Source: Halarcobacter sp.
GTDB lineage: Bacteria; Campylobacterota; Campylobacteria; Campylobacterales; Arcobacteraceae
Assembly (NCBI GenBank): GCA_048571215.1
Contig: CP182352.1
Location: forward strand, 1,536,001 to 1,600,000
Direction of reading: 5' to 3'
DNA length: 64,000 bases
A program made the position numbers and the translations under genes. The notes under the pieces were generated by a model, which ran no database searches, was not told the DNA's origin, and was given only the letters and a program-made list of their open reading frames with translations. Shown piece by piece: positions 10,024-20,452 of the stretch. Every line of letters begins with the position of its first letter. Positions within the stretch are counted from its first letter, which is position 1.

Positions 10024-11295
10024 ATGAGAAGTGATATCTTAGATAAAAAACTTGTAGTTTACTACAGTTTATTAGCAGTCCCTTTAGCAATCATAGGATT
10101 ACCTTTATACATATATCTACCAACATTTTATACATCAACTGTGGGTATAGATATCACTACTGTAGGTATTTTAATTTTTATTGCAAGATTAACAGATGTT
10201 ATAAGTGATCCAATCTTTGGCTATTTAAGTGATGAAAGTGTTAGAAGATACAACTCTAGAAAACCTCTAATAATCTTAGGCTCATTTATTTTAGTATTTA
10301 GTTTTTATTTAATTATAAATCCAAATGAATCATTTTCAAAAAGTTGGCTTTTGGTATTTTCTATACTCATATATATGGCTTGGAGTATGATTAATATACC
10401 CTATCTAACTTGGAGTTCAGAGATAAGTAAAAACTACAATCATAAAACAGTATTAAATAGTTCTAGGGAACTTTTTACTATATTAGGTGTTATTATAGCT
10501 TTAATAGTTCCTACCCTTTTAGAAGTCTCTAATGAACCGCAAAATACACTAAATGTTTTATTTATCTTATTTTTACTTATCTTTGTACCCTCTGTTTTTA
10601 TAATACTAAAAAAAATAAAAATACAGAAACCAAAAATCAATCAAACTTTCAATATAGGTGGATTAAGGAAGATATATAAAAATATGCCTGATATAATATA
10701 TTTGGATTTATCCTATTTTATTAATAACTTAGCTAATGCTCTTCCTGCTACTTTATTTTTATTGTTTATTGAGCATGTAATTGAAAAAAAAGAATATAGT
10801 GGAGTTATTTTAATTATCTATTTTTTTTCAGGGCTTATAGCACTACCTTTTTGGAACTACCTTTCATCTAAAATAGGAAAAAAAACCACTTGGGTAATAT
10901 CTATATTATTAGCTTCAAGTGCTTTTATATTTGTTTTAATGCTAAAAGCTAATGATATAGAGCTATTTATTGTTATAAGTATAATCTCTGGCTTATCTTT
11001 GGGTGCGGATATGGCTTTACCAACTTCAATGAAAGCTGATTTAGTACAAAAAAGTGAAAAGATTCAAAATAATAGTTCTGGGCTTCTATTTGGTATTTGG
11101 ACAATGATAACAAAATTTTCTTTGGCATTTGCAATTGCCCTTGGTTTTATAATACTTGGTTTCTTTGATTTTGATTCTAATGAACCAAATACCCAATCAC
11201 TATTTGTACTAACACTACTTTATGGTTTAGCACCAGTTATTTTAAAATTTCTAAGTCTGTTGTTATTATATAGATACCAAGATCATAATAGATAA
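10024..11295 (+). CDS. MFS transporter (GPH/MelB-like)
   Basis: About 12 TM segments; ARLTDVISDPIFGYLSD. Confidence 0.85.
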   Translation: MRSDILDKKLVVYYSLLAVPLAIIGLPLYIYLPTFYTSTVGIDITTVGILIFIARLTDVISDPIFGYLSDESVRRYNSRKPLIILGSFILVFSFYLIINPNESFSKSWLLVFSILIYMAWSMINIPYLTWSSEISKNYNHKTVLNSSRELFTILGVIIALIVPTLLEVSNEPQNTLNVLFILFLLIFVPSVFIILKKIKIQKPKINQTFNIGGLRKIYKNMPDIIYLDLSYFINNLANALPATLFLLFIEHVIEKKEYSGVILIIYFFSGLIALPFWNYLSSKIGKKTTWVISILLASSAFIFVLMLKANDIELFIVISIISGLSLGADMALPTSMKADLVQKSEKIQNNSSGLLFGIWTMITKFSLAFAIALGFIILGFFDFDSNEPNTQSLFVLTLLYGLAPVILKFLSLLLLYRYQDHNR

Positions 11296-11364
11296 TCTAT
11301 CAATTAACAAAATATAACTACAAGATTTCTTTATATACATATAAAATGTCATATAAAGGAGTCA

Positions 11365-11907
11365 ATGATGAAACACTATATTCAAACCATTTTATTTTTT
11401 GTTATTGTACAAACTTTTGCTTATGCAAATGCACCCAAACCAGTTGATTTCGTTGACCCAAAAAAATTTAGTGGTTTATGGTATGAACTTGCTAGAACCT
11501 ATAATAGCTTTGAAAAAGACTGTGTAGGTTCAACTGTTGAGTATACCCCAACTAGTAAATTAGTATATAGTGTAAAAAACAGATGTTTTGAAAAAGATTT
11601 TTCTTCAAAAACAATTGAATACAATGGTACTGCTGTTCCCCTAGATGGTAATAATTTTTCACAAATAAAAAAAACATATTTTTGGATTTTTTCTTCTACT
11701 TATAGACTTATCTATTTAAATGACAACTATACATTAGCAATTATGACAGATGAAGAGATGGAACATGTATGGATAATGAGTAGAAAAGCAATTATAAAAA
11801 AAGAAAAATTAGAAAAACTAACTATATGGTTATCAAATTATATGAATATAAATAGATTAATCTATACTCCCCAAAAACCACAAGGAGATACAAATGAATC
11901 AAGATAA
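11365..11907 (+). CDS. Lipocalin family protein
   Basis: GLWYELAR, FEKDC, WIMSR; signal peptide. Confidence 0.85.
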   Translation: MMKHYIQTILFFVIVQTFAYANAPKPVDFVDPKKFSGLWYELARTYNSFEKDCVGSTVEYTPTSKLVYSVKNRCFEKDFSSKTIEYNGTAVPLDGNNFSQIKKTYFWIFSSTYRLIYLNDNYTLAIMTDEEMEHVWIMSRKAIIKKEKLEKLTIWLSNYMNINRLIYTPQKPQGDTNESR

Positions 11908-13147
11908 AAAATACAAAATAGCAGTTCTTGGAGCTGGAATTAGTGGTTTAGGAGCTGCATATTTATTGAGTAAAAGACATGAAGTGGATCTTTATGAAAA
12001 AGAGTCTAGATTAGGTGGACATGCTAGAACTACTATGGTAAAAGAAACCCATAAGAGTTTTGGAGTTGATACAGGGTTTTTAGTATTTAATCACGAAACA
12101 TATCCACTTTTAACAAAACTATTTGAACAATTAGATGTAAAAATAGAAAACTCTGATATGAGTTTTGCTTTTTGGGATCAAAAGACTAATATAGCTTACA
12201 ATGGAGAATCTTTAAAGGGAATGTATTTTCAAAAAAGAAATATATTTTCATACTCACACAATAAAATGATTTTTGACATTTTAAAATTCAATAAAAAAGC
12301 AAATAAAGACCTTGAAGAGAATAATACAAATTTGGATTTGAATTTAGGTGAATATTTAGAACCCTATTCCAAATACTTTAAAGATAGATATATAATCCCT
12401 ATGGGAGCATCTATTTGGTCAACACCAACGGATAAAATGAATGATTTTCCTGCAAGAACCTTTATAAATTTTTTTAAAAATCATGGTCTATTAGGAGTTG
12501 ATACCCATCATCAATGGCTAACAGTTAGTGGAGGATCAATAAACTATGTAAATAAAATATCCCAACACATCTCTGGAAAAATCATAAAAAATAGCGATGT
12601 AACATCAGTAATAAGAGAAGAAAAACAAGTTATTTTAGTCCATAAAGATGGCAAAAAATCTTTTTATGACAAAGTTGTTTTTGCAATGCATGCACCTGAA
12701 GTATTAAAACTTTTAAAAAATCCTAGTGAAGATGAATTAAAAATTCTATCTGCTTTTAAATTTAAACAAAATGATGCAGTATTACATAATGATAAAAAAG
12801 CACTTTATCCTGACAAAAATATATATGCTGCATGGAACTATAAAACAAATGGTGAAGAAAAAAGTGTAACCCTATCATATTGGATTAATAGGTTACAAAA
12901 TCTAAATTCAACTAAAGAGTATTTTGTTTCTCTAAATGAAACAGAACAATTAAATGAAGTTATTGAAAGAATAAGTTACGAACACCCACAGTTTGATAAA
13001 GAAGCTATCCAAGCCCAATCAAAAAAAGAGTTAATCAGTGGTAAAAACAACACCTATTATGCTGGGGCATATTGGCGTTATGGTTTTCACGAAGATGGTT
13101 TATATAGTGCAAACTGTATTGCAAAAGAGTTTGGATGTGAATTATGA
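11894..13147 (+). CDS. FAD-dependent oxidoreductase (amine-oxidase fold; UfaD-like fatty-acid desaturase)
   Basis: GAGISG, RLGGHA, VDTGFLVFN, GFHEDG; adjacent to DUF1365 and CFA synthase. Confidence 0.85.
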   Translation: MNQDKKYKIAVLGAGISGLGAAYLLSKRHEVDLYEKESRLGGHARTTMVKETHKSFGVDTGFLVFNHETYPLLTKLFEQLDVKIENSDMSFAFWDQKTNIAYNGESLKGMYFQKRNIFSYSHNKMIFDILKFNKKANKDLEENNTNLDLNLGEYLEPYSKYFKDRYIIPMGASIWSTPTDKMNDFPARTFINFFKNHGLLGVDTHHQWLTVSGGSINYVNKISQHISGKIIKNSDVTSVIREEKQVILVHKDGKKSFYDKVVFAMHAPEVLKLLKNPSEDELKILSAFKFKQNDAVLHNDKKALYPDKNIYAAWNYKTNGEEKSVTLSYWINRLQNLNSTKEYFVSLNETEQLNEVIERISYEHPQFDKEAIQAQSKKELISGKNNTYYAGAYWRYGFHEDGLYSANCIAKEFGCEL

Positions 13148-13884
13148 ATCATAAATTTATAGATGGGAAAATATATCATAAAAGATATCTACCTAAAAAA
13201 CACGATTTTGAATACAAGTTTTTTATGCTTGATATTGATATATCAAGTTTCCAAGAGTTAAAAAATAGATACTTTTCTATAAATAGTTTTAATCTTTTTT
13301 CATTTTATACAAAAGACCATTTTGGCAAAAAAAATGAGTTTAAACAAAATATAAAAGATCTACTAAATAAATATTCTATTAAAGAAACAAAAGAAATGAG
13401 ATTTATAACCTTACCTTCTATTTTAGGATATGTATTCAACCCAATAAGTGTTTTAATACTATTTGAAAATGACAAACCTAAAAGTATGATAGCAGAAGTT
13501 CATAATTACAACGGTGGTAGAGTTATTTATCCTGTAGATTTAATAAGTGAAGATGAAAGATTTTATAAAGGAAAAGTTAAAAAAGATATGTATGTCTCCC
13601 CATTTTTTGAACGAGATGGAAAATATGAGTTTGACTTAATATATACAAAAGAAGAGCTTGTTTTAACTGTTAAATTATTTGAAAAAGATAAAAAGATGTT
13701 GATATCAACCTTTACGGGTAAAAGTAAAGAGTTTAATGAGAAAAATATCATCTCATTGTTTTTTAAACATACACTTTTAACCGTATGGGTTGTGACTAGA
13801 ACTATATGGCAAAGTATAAAACTAAAACTAAAAGGTTTATCCTGGAATAAACCAACACCCCAAGATCAATTTAGGAGGTTCTGA
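13144..13884 (+). CDS. DUF1365 family protein (UfaO-like)
   Basis: HKRY-x-PKKH, GYVFNPIS, AEVHN, YVSPF. Confidence 0.85.
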   Translation: MNHKFIDGKIYHKRYLPKKHDFEYKFFMLDIDISSFQELKNRYFSINSFNLFSFYTKDHFGKKNEFKQNIKDLLNKYSIKETKEMRFITLPSILGYVFNPISVLILFENDKPKSMIAEVHNYNGGRVIYPVDLISEDERFYKGKVKKDMYVSPFFERDGKYEFDLIYTKEELVLTVKLFEKDKKMLISTFTGKSKEFNEKNIISLFFKHTLLTVWVVTRTIWQSIKLKLKGLSWNKPTPQDQFRRF

Positions 13885-13886
13885 TT

Positions 13887-15113
13887 ATGGAAACTTTTTG
13901 GAATAAAGTAGGAGATAAATTTTTATCTAAAATAAAAGAGGGAACCTTAGAAGTTACCTTTTCAAATGGAAAAACTAGAATATATGGCAATAATAAAAAA
14001 CCAAAAGCTAAACTTTTATTAAACAATGCAAATATTTTTAAAAGACTAACTTTATATGGTGACATAGGCTTTGCAGAGAGTTATATGGACAAAGACTTTG
14101 AATGTGATAATTTAAGTTCTTTAATAGAGATTGCTTTAATAAATTCAGATTCTCTTGAAACAAAAAGTGAAGATGAAAAAAGATTGAGTTTTTATAATCT
14201 ATTTCCAGTATTAAATAAAATAAAACACTATATGAGAAGAAACTCAAAAACCAGATCTCAAAAAAACATATCACAACATTACGATTTATCAAATCAATTT
14301 TTTAAGCTTATGTTAGATGATACAATGATGTATTCATCAGCTGTTTTTGAAAACCCAAATGAATCTTTATATGAAGCTCAAAAAAGAAAAATCGACATTT
14401 TGGCAAAAAAACTAAATCTAAAAAAAGGCTCAAAAGTTTTAGAAATAGGCTCAGGATGGGGAGCAATGGCTATGCATTTGGTAAAAGAGTATGAGTGTGA
14501 AGTTACTACACTAACTCTATCAAAGGAGCAAAAAAAACTTTGTGAAGATAGGTTTAAAGAGCATAATATTGAAGAGTCAATTAATATCATGCTAAAAGAT
14601 TATAGGGATATGAAAGGTGAGTTTGATGCAATTATAGCAGTTGAGATGTTTGAGGCTGTAGGGCGCGAATATTTTGATGTGTTCTTTAAAAAATGTGAAT
14701 CTTTATTAAATCCTACTGGTATTTTAGTGATGCAGATTATTACAATGCCAGATCAAAGATATTCTTCATATTGCAATGGGACAGATTTTATTCAAAAATA
14801 TATTTTCCCTGGTGGTCATCTTCCAAGTGTAGGTAAGATATTAGATGTAACAACAAATCATACAAAACTAAACCTATTGCATATGGAAGAGTTTACAGAA
14901 CACTATGCAAAAACATTAAATATCTGGCATAAAAACTTTAATACAAAGATTGATGAAATAAAAGATTTAGGCTTTGATGAGTATTTCATAAGAATGTGGA
15001 GAATGTATCTATGTTATTGTGAAGCAGCTTTTTTAACTAGAAATATAAATTTAGTTCAAGTAGCTTTTACTAGATATCAAAATATTGCCTTAAACAAAGG
15101 ATTAGTAGCATGA
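13887..15113 (+). CDS. Cyclopropane-fatty-acyl-phospholipid synthase family SAM methyltransferase
   Basis: HYDLSN, MMYSSA, LEIGSGWG, EMFEAVG, YIFPGG. Confidence 0.9.
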   Translation: METFWNKVGDKFLSKIKEGTLEVTFSNGKTRIYGNNKKPKAKLLLNNANIFKRLTLYGDIGFAESYMDKDFECDNLSSLIEIALINSDSLETKSEDEKRLSFYNLFPVLNKIKHYMRRNSKTRSQKNISQHYDLSNQFFKLMLDDTMMYSSAVFENPNESLYEAQKRKIDILAKKLNLKKGSKVLEIGSGWGAMAMHLVKEYECEVTTLTLSKEQKKLCEDRFKEHNIEESINIMLKDYRDMKGEFDAIIAVEMFEAVGREYFDVFFKKCESLLNPTGILVMQIITMPDQRYSSYCNGTDFIQKYIFPGGHLPSVGKILDVTTNHTKLNLLHMEEFTEHYAKTLNIWHKNFNTKIDEIKDLGFDEYFIRMWRMYLCYCEAAFLTRNINLVQVAFTRYQNIALNKGLVA

Positions 15114-15643
15114 GATTAAAATATATATTTTTTACTATGATTTTAGTAATTTTTACAGGATGTACAAGCATGAAAATAGAAGATTTTACAAACAAAAAAC
15201 CAGAGTTTATCCCACAAGAGTATTTCAATGGAAAACTAACAGCTTATGGGATGGTTAAAGATAGAGGTGGTAAGATAATTAAAACCTTTAAAGGGGACCT
15301 AATAGGAAGTTGGGATAAGGATGGTGTTGGAACATTAGATGAAAGTTTTGTATATGACAATGGCGAGGTACAAAAAAGAGTTTGGACTTTAAAGCCAACT
15401 GGAGAAAAAACTTTTATAGCAACAGCTGGTGATATAGTTGGTGATGCACATATGATAGCAAATGGAAATACAGTTATGATTGATTATACTATGAGAGTTC
15501 CTTATAATGATACAACTATTGATTTAAATGTAAAAGACTGGTTACATCTACAAAGTGACGGAGTGATATTAAACCACTCAAAAATGAAAAAATTTGGCTT
15601 TGTAGTTGGAGAACTTGTAATTACAATAATAAAAGAGAACTAA
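15110..15643 (+). CDS. DUF3833 family lipoprotein
   Basis: Lipobox FTGC; LDESFVY, ATAGDIVG, KFGF; usual position in this cluster. Confidence 0.75.
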   Translation: MRLKYIFFTMILVIFTGCTSMKIEDFTNKKPEFIPQEYFNGKLTAYGMVKDRGGKIIKTFKGDLIGSWDKDGVGTLDESFVYDNGEVQKRVWTLKPTGEKTFIATAGDIVGDAHMIANGNTVMIDYTMRVPYNDTTIDLNVKDWLHLQSDGVILNHSKMKKFGFVVGELVITIIKEN

Positions 15644-16005
15644 TGAAAAGTCTAATTATGATAGCCCATGGAAGCAAAAAAGAAAAATCTAACAATGAAT
15701 TTTCTTTTTTAGTTAAACAAATAAAAGAATCAAGTCAATCTTATATGAAAGTTGAAGAGGCTTTTTTGGAGTTTGCAACTCCAAGTTTAGAAGACTCAAT
15801 AAAAAAATGTTTACAAGATGATGTGCAAGAAATAGATATTTATCCATTTTTTCTAAATTCTGGTAAACATGTAACAATTGATATACCTAATATTATAAAA
15901 GATTTCCAAATTAAATATCCTTTAATTGATTTTGTTATTTTGAATCATTTTGGTAAATCAGATAAAATAAAGGATATAGTTTTATCAGATTTAGCTAAAA
16001 AGTAA
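15643..16005 (+). CDS. CbiX/SirB-type sirohydrochlorin chelatase (short form)
   Basis: AHGS, AFLE, PFFL-x-x-G-x-HV-x-x-DIP. Confidence 0.85.
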   Translation: MKSLIMIAHGSKKEKSNNEFSFLVKQIKESSQSYMKVEEAFLEFATPSLEDSIKKCLQDDVQEIDIYPFFLNSGKHVTIDIPNIIKDFQIKYPLIDFVILNHFGKSDKIKDIVLSDLAKK

Positions 16006-16012
16006 GGTTTAT

Positions 16013-16792
16013 ATGAAAGTAGTATTAACAATAGCAGGAAGTGATAGTAGCGGTGGTGCAGGTATTCAAGCTGACTTGAAAACCTTTGAAGCTTTTGGGG
16101 TATTTGGATGTAGTGCACTTACAGTACTAACAGCACAAAATACAAAAGGTGTAACAGATATATATGAAATAAGTCCAGAGTTTGTTAAAAAACAAATAAA
16201 AGCAGTATTAGAAGATTTTGATGTAGCAGCAATAAAAATTGGAATGCTTTTCTCAAATGATATTATAAATACAGTAAGAGAAATGATTAAAGATTTAGAT
16301 ATACCAATCATTTTTGACCCTGTATTTATCTCAAAAGCTGGATCAAAACTTTTAAATGATGATGCAATAGAAAACCTAAAAACCCTATTTGAGTATTCAA
16401 GTTTAATTACCCCTAATCTATTTGAGGCTAAGGCTTTATTTGATTATGATATATTAAATGAAGAATCTATTAAAAAAATAGAAAAGTTACCCTGTAGAGT
16501 TGTTATAAAAAATGACAAAATCATAAAAGATGAAGACTCAATAAGTTTGGATACTCTTTTTGAGAATAAAGAAAAAAGAGTTTTTTATACAAAACTAATT
16601 GATACTACAAATACCCATGGAACTGGTTGTAGTTTCTCTAGTGCTATTGCTGCAAATATAGCCTTAGGTAAAAGTTTTGAAGATGCCATAAAAATATCAA
16701 AAGACTTTATCTACAATGCAGTAATAAATGCTCCAAACTTAGGAAATGGTATGGGACCAATAGCACATAAAAAAGGTTATGAAAGCTTATAA
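16013..16792 (+). CDS. thiD: Hydroxymethylpyrimidine/phosphomethylpyrimidine kinase
   Basis: TIAGSDSSGGAGIQADLKT, HGTGC. Confidence 0.92.
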   Translation: MKVVLTIAGSDSSGGAGIQADLKTFEAFGVFGCSALTVLTAQNTKGVTDIYEISPEFVKKQIKAVLEDFDVAAIKIGMLFSNDIINTVREMIKDLDIPIIFDPVFISKAGSKLLNDDAIENLKTLFEYSSLITPNLFEAKALFDYDILNEESIKKIEKLPCRVVIKNDKIIKDEDSISLDTLFENKEKRVFYTKLIDTTNTHGTGCSFSSAIAANIALGKSFEDAIKISKDFIYNAVINAPNLGNGMGPIAHKKGYESL

Positions 16793-16903
16793 ATAATAAA
16801 ATATTTTTAAAATATATCTATTAAATTATGAACTAACATTTTTTTAGTACTAAAAGTATATATTTAGATGTAAAATCATTAATATAATCAAAAAGGAGTA
16901 TAT

Positions 16904-17170
16904 ATGCTTAGAGAATTGATTTTTACAGGTCTTGGAGCAAGTTCTTTATTAAAAGATAAATTTGAAGAGGAACTAAAAGTTCTTGAAAAAAAAGGTAAAA
17001 TAAAAAAACAAGATGCCAAAGATCTTCTAAAAAGACTAGAAAAAAAAGGTAAAATAGAAGATAAAAAACTAAAAAAAGAGCTTAGAGCTCATCTAAAAGA
17101 GCTTATAAATGAGTTAGGTTTAGTTACAAAAAAAGATTTAAAAAAATTTAAAGATGAACTAAATAAATAG
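16904..17170 (+). CDS. Small helical protein (phasin-like; often linked to AarF/UbiB kinases)
   Basis: GLGA...ELGLVTKKDL pattern; strong AAGGAG RBS. Confidence 0.6.
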   Translation: MLRELIFTGLGASSLLKDKFEEELKVLEKKGKIKKQDAKDLLKRLEKKGKIEDKKLKKELRAHLKELINELGLVTKKDLKKFKDELNK

Positions 17171-17182
17171 TTTGGAGAATAA

Positions 17183-17821
17183 ATGGCTGATTTGTCAAAA
17201 ATGAGACAAGAGTATGCTATAAAGGGTTTAGAAAAAGAGGATTTACTTCAAGACCCATTTGAACAGTTTGAAAAATGGTTTAATGAAGCCCTTGAAGCAA
17301 AACTACTTGAACCAAATGCTTTTACACTAAGTACAGTAGGAAAAGATTTAAAACCTACACAAAGAACTGTTTTACTTAAAATGTATGACAAAAAAGGTTT
17401 TACTTTTTTTTCAAATTATAATAGTAAAAAATCAAAACATATTGATGAAAATCCATATGTATCAGCTCATTTTGCTTGGTTGGGATTAGAAAGACAAGTA
17501 AGAATAGAAGGTATTGTAAAAAAGATTCCTAAAGGTGAGTCTTTAAAATATTTTCTTTCAAGACCTAAGGGTAGTCAAATTGGTGCTTGGGTATCTCACC
17601 AAAGCCAAATTATAAACTCTAGGTCTATTTTAGAAACAAAATTTGATGAGATGAGAAAAAAATTTGCAAAGGGAGAGATACCCTTTCCATCATTTTGGGG
17701 TGGATATCAAATTGTTCCAAACTATTTTGAGTTTTGGCAAGGTGGATTAAACAGATTACACGATAGATTTGTTTACCAATTAATAGATAAACAATGGGAG
17801 ATATATAGACTAGAACCCTAA
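17183..17821 (+). CDS. pdxH: Pyridoxamine 5'-phosphate oxidase
   Basis: RTVLLK, YFLSRP, EFWQG-x-x-NRLHDR, RLEP. Confidence 0.92.
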   Translation: MADLSKMRQEYAIKGLEKEDLLQDPFEQFEKWFNEALEAKLLEPNAFTLSTVGKDLKPTQRTVLLKMYDKKGFTFFSNYNSKKSKHIDENPYVSAHFAWLGLERQVRIEGIVKKIPKGESLKYFLSRPKGSQIGAWVSHQSQIINSRSILETKFDEMRKKFAKGEIPFPSFWGGYQIVPNYFEFWQGGLNRLHDRFVYQLIDKQWEIYRLEP

Positions 17822-17830
17822 GGAGATATT

Positions 17831-18898
17831 ATGGAATGTGATAAATGTAATGAAAACTTTAGTTTTCAAGAGTTAACATCGAAAATCTATTTTATAAGTG
17901 AATATGATAGTCTAATGGCAAAAAGTAGAATCTTTCTTATGAAGTTAGGATTTGATATACATAAAATTCATGACCTACACTATATAAAAGTTGAAAATAC
18001 GAAAATATTTTTTCATTCAAATATAGATGCCATCAAAACCTACTTCAATACCCTTGAAGCAGAAAAAATCCAACTTTATATAGAGTATGAAAACCTTGGT
18101 TTTTCATATAAAACTATTCTAAATGCAAAACCATTACAAAGGTATATAAACCTTATTGATGACAAAGATTTTTTTGATGTTATAAATAATCAATCTCTAA
18201 CTTCACATTTTCAACCAATCATTAAAGCAAAAGATACTTCAATATATGGATATGAGTGTTTAATTAGAGGAGTAAACCCTGATGGTTCTTTAATGTATCC
18301 AGATGTTCTTTTTAAAAAATCTTCTAGAAATGATATGAACTTCAATCTAGATAGACTTTGTAGAGAAAATGCTTTAAAAACAGCAGCCACAAAAAAGATA
18401 AATAAAAAAATCTTCGTTAACTTTATTCCAACAAGTATCTATGACCCTGAGTATTGTCTAAAATCAACAGTAAAATGGGCAAAACAATTAGAGTTTGATC
18501 TAAGTAATATTATATTTGAAGTTGTAGAAACAGAACAGGTACAAGATCAAAAACATCTAAAAAATATATTAGAGTTCTACAGAAATAAAGGGTTTAAAAT
18601 AGCCTTAGATGATGTGGGAGAGGGTTATTCTGGGTTAAATCGTATTATAAGCCTAAAACCAGATATTATAAAAGTAGATAGAAATATCATACAAGATATT
18701 GATACAAATGAGCTAAAACAATCTGTATATAAAGCTTTATACAATCTATCAAAAGAGAACAATATAGAAATATTAGCAGAAGGTGTTGAAACAGCTTATG
18801 AATTAGAGATTATAAAAAATATTGGTGTTGATTATATACAGGGATACTATTTCGCTAAACCAATAAGTGAACCAATAAGAAAAATCGCCAAAGGATAA
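17831..18898 (+). CDS. EAL-domain c-di-GMP phosphodiesterase
   Basis: FQPI, YECLIR, EVVETE, LDDVGEGYSG, KVDR, AEGVE, QGYYF. Confidence 0.88.
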   Translation: MECDKCNENFSFQELTSKIYFISEYDSLMAKSRIFLMKLGFDIHKIHDLHYIKVENTKIFFHSNIDAIKTYFNTLEAEKIQLYIEYENLGFSYKTILNAKPLQRYINLIDDKDFFDVINNQSLTSHFQPIIKAKDTSIYGYECLIRGVNPDGSLMYPDVLFKKSSRNDMNFNLDRLCRENALKTAATKKINKKIFVNFIPTSIYDPEYCLKSTVKWAKQLEFDLSNIIFEVVETEQVQDQKHLKNILEFYRNKGFKIALDDVGEGYSGLNRIISLKPDIIKVDRNIIQDIDTNELKQSVYKALYNLSKENNIEILAEGVETAYELEIIKNIGVDYIQGYYFAKPISEPIRKIAKG

Positions 18899-18901
18899 AT
18901 T

Positions 18902-20440
18902 ATAAAAAATTATTCTCCACTTAGAATATATAAGGTATTTTTATTTTTATTAACAATATATTTAGTTATAAAGAAAAAAGATAGATTTCTTATTTTTAAA
19001 CCTTTATCTGCAAAAAAACTAAAAAAATATATTATTGATTTAGGAGCTAGTTTTATAAAATTAGCACAAGTATTAGCAACTAGAGCTGATTTTTTTACAT
19101 ATGAATATTTAGATGAATTAAAAACCTTACATGATCAAATTACACCAATGAAAGAAAAAGAGTTTCATGAAGTTTTTAATAAAGCTTTTAAGGATAAAAC
19201 TATCTTTAAAGAGTTTTCAGATACTCCCATAGCATCAGCTTCAATAGGTCAAGTCCATGTTGCATATTTACAAAATGATAAAAAAGTAGCAGTAAAACTA
19301 AGAAGAGCTGGGATAAAAAAACAAGTCTTGGCAGATATAAAAATAATTAACTTTTTTAATAATATCTTTAAACCCCTATTCTCCTCTTATACAAAAAACT
19401 CTATAGATGCTGTAATCTCTGAATTTTCTAAAATGATTGTTCAAGAGGTATCATTAAACCAAGAGTTACAAAATCTAAAAAACTTTAAAAAAGTATACAA
19501 ACAACAAAAAATAAGATTTCCAAAGGCTTATAGAAAATATTCAAGTGATGATGCACTTGTAATGAGTTTTGAAGAGGGTTTTAGATTTGATGATAAGGAA
19601 AATATATTAAAACACAATATTAATTTCAAAAAAATTATATCTAATCTTGTAAACTTCTATACAACTCAAATGTTAATAAATGGATATTTTCATGCTGATC
19701 CACATCCAGGGAATCTATTAGTTAATACAAAAGGTGAACTTATACTTCTTGATTTTGGGATGGTAAAAACAGTACCAAACGATAAAAGAGTTGCTATAAT
19801 CGAGTTAATAAAAGCAGCAAATGAGCAAGATTATGAAACTTATATTAGTGCAAGTAAAAGACTAGGAACAATCGCATATGAAGCTCCAAGTAATGAGTTA
19901 GCAGAATTTACCTCTAAAATGTTTGATATATTTTCAAATGATAATTTAGATAGCCAATCTATGCAAACCTTGGCTTTTGAGGTTTTAGAACAAACTAGAG
20001 ACTTACCTTTTAAACTCCCAAGTGATGCCATATATATACTAAGAGTAAGTGCAATAATAGAAGGTCTTGGAACAACTTACATTGAAAACTTCAATGGGGT
20101 AAAAGATATTTTGCCAATCTTAATTAAAAATATCCCAAAAGCGATTGGAGCAAAAGAGTCTATAACTGAAACCTTAATCCAAGAGATAAAAGAGCTACCT
20201 TTTATAACAAAAGATTTTAAAACAATGATAAGAAAGGCTAGTGAAGGTAGCCTAGAAGTTGAAGTATCAAAAGCACAATTAGAGTATTTAGGAAAAAGCT
20301 CAAAAGAGTATCTAAAAAGTTCATTTATCTCTTTTTCTATAATATTTGCTTCTATTTTTTATACTTTGTATGGCATTGAACCAAAAGAGTTATCGATAGT
20401 TTTATTTTTGATTGGCTTTTTAAGATTAATTTATAAATAA
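18902..20440 (+). CDS. AarF/ABC1/UbiB atypical kinase, probable ATA/ATT start
   Basis: ASASIGQVH, FHADPHPGN, LDFG; frame is open upstream of the 19148 ATG and encodes LGASFIKLAQVLATRADFF. Confidence 0.85.
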   Translation: MKNYSPLRIYKVFLFLLTIYLVIKKKDRFLIFKPLSAKKLKKYIIDLGASFIKLAQVLATRADFFTYEYLDELKTLHDQITPMKEKEFHEVFNKAFKDKTIFKEFSDTPIASASIGQVHVAYLQNDKKVAVKLRRAGIKKQVLADIKIINFFNNIFKPLFSSYTKNSIDAVISEFSKMIVQEVSLNQELQNLKNFKKVYKQQKIRFPKAYRKYSSDDALVMSFEEGFRFDDKENILKHNINFKKIISNLVNFYTTQMLINGYFHADPHPGNLLVNTKGELILLDFGMVKTVPNDKRVAIIELIKAANEQDYETYISASKRLGTIAYEAPSNELAEFTSKMFDIFSNDNLDSQSMQTLAFEVLEQTRDLPFKLPSDAIYILRVSAIIEGLGTTYIENFNGVKDILPILIKNIPKAIGAKESITETLIQEIKELPFITKDFKTMIRKASEGSLEVEVSKAQLEYLGKSSKEYLKSSFISFSIIFASIFYTLYGIEPKELSIVLFLIGFLRLIYK

Positions 20441-20452
20441 AAAGGATGAAAA

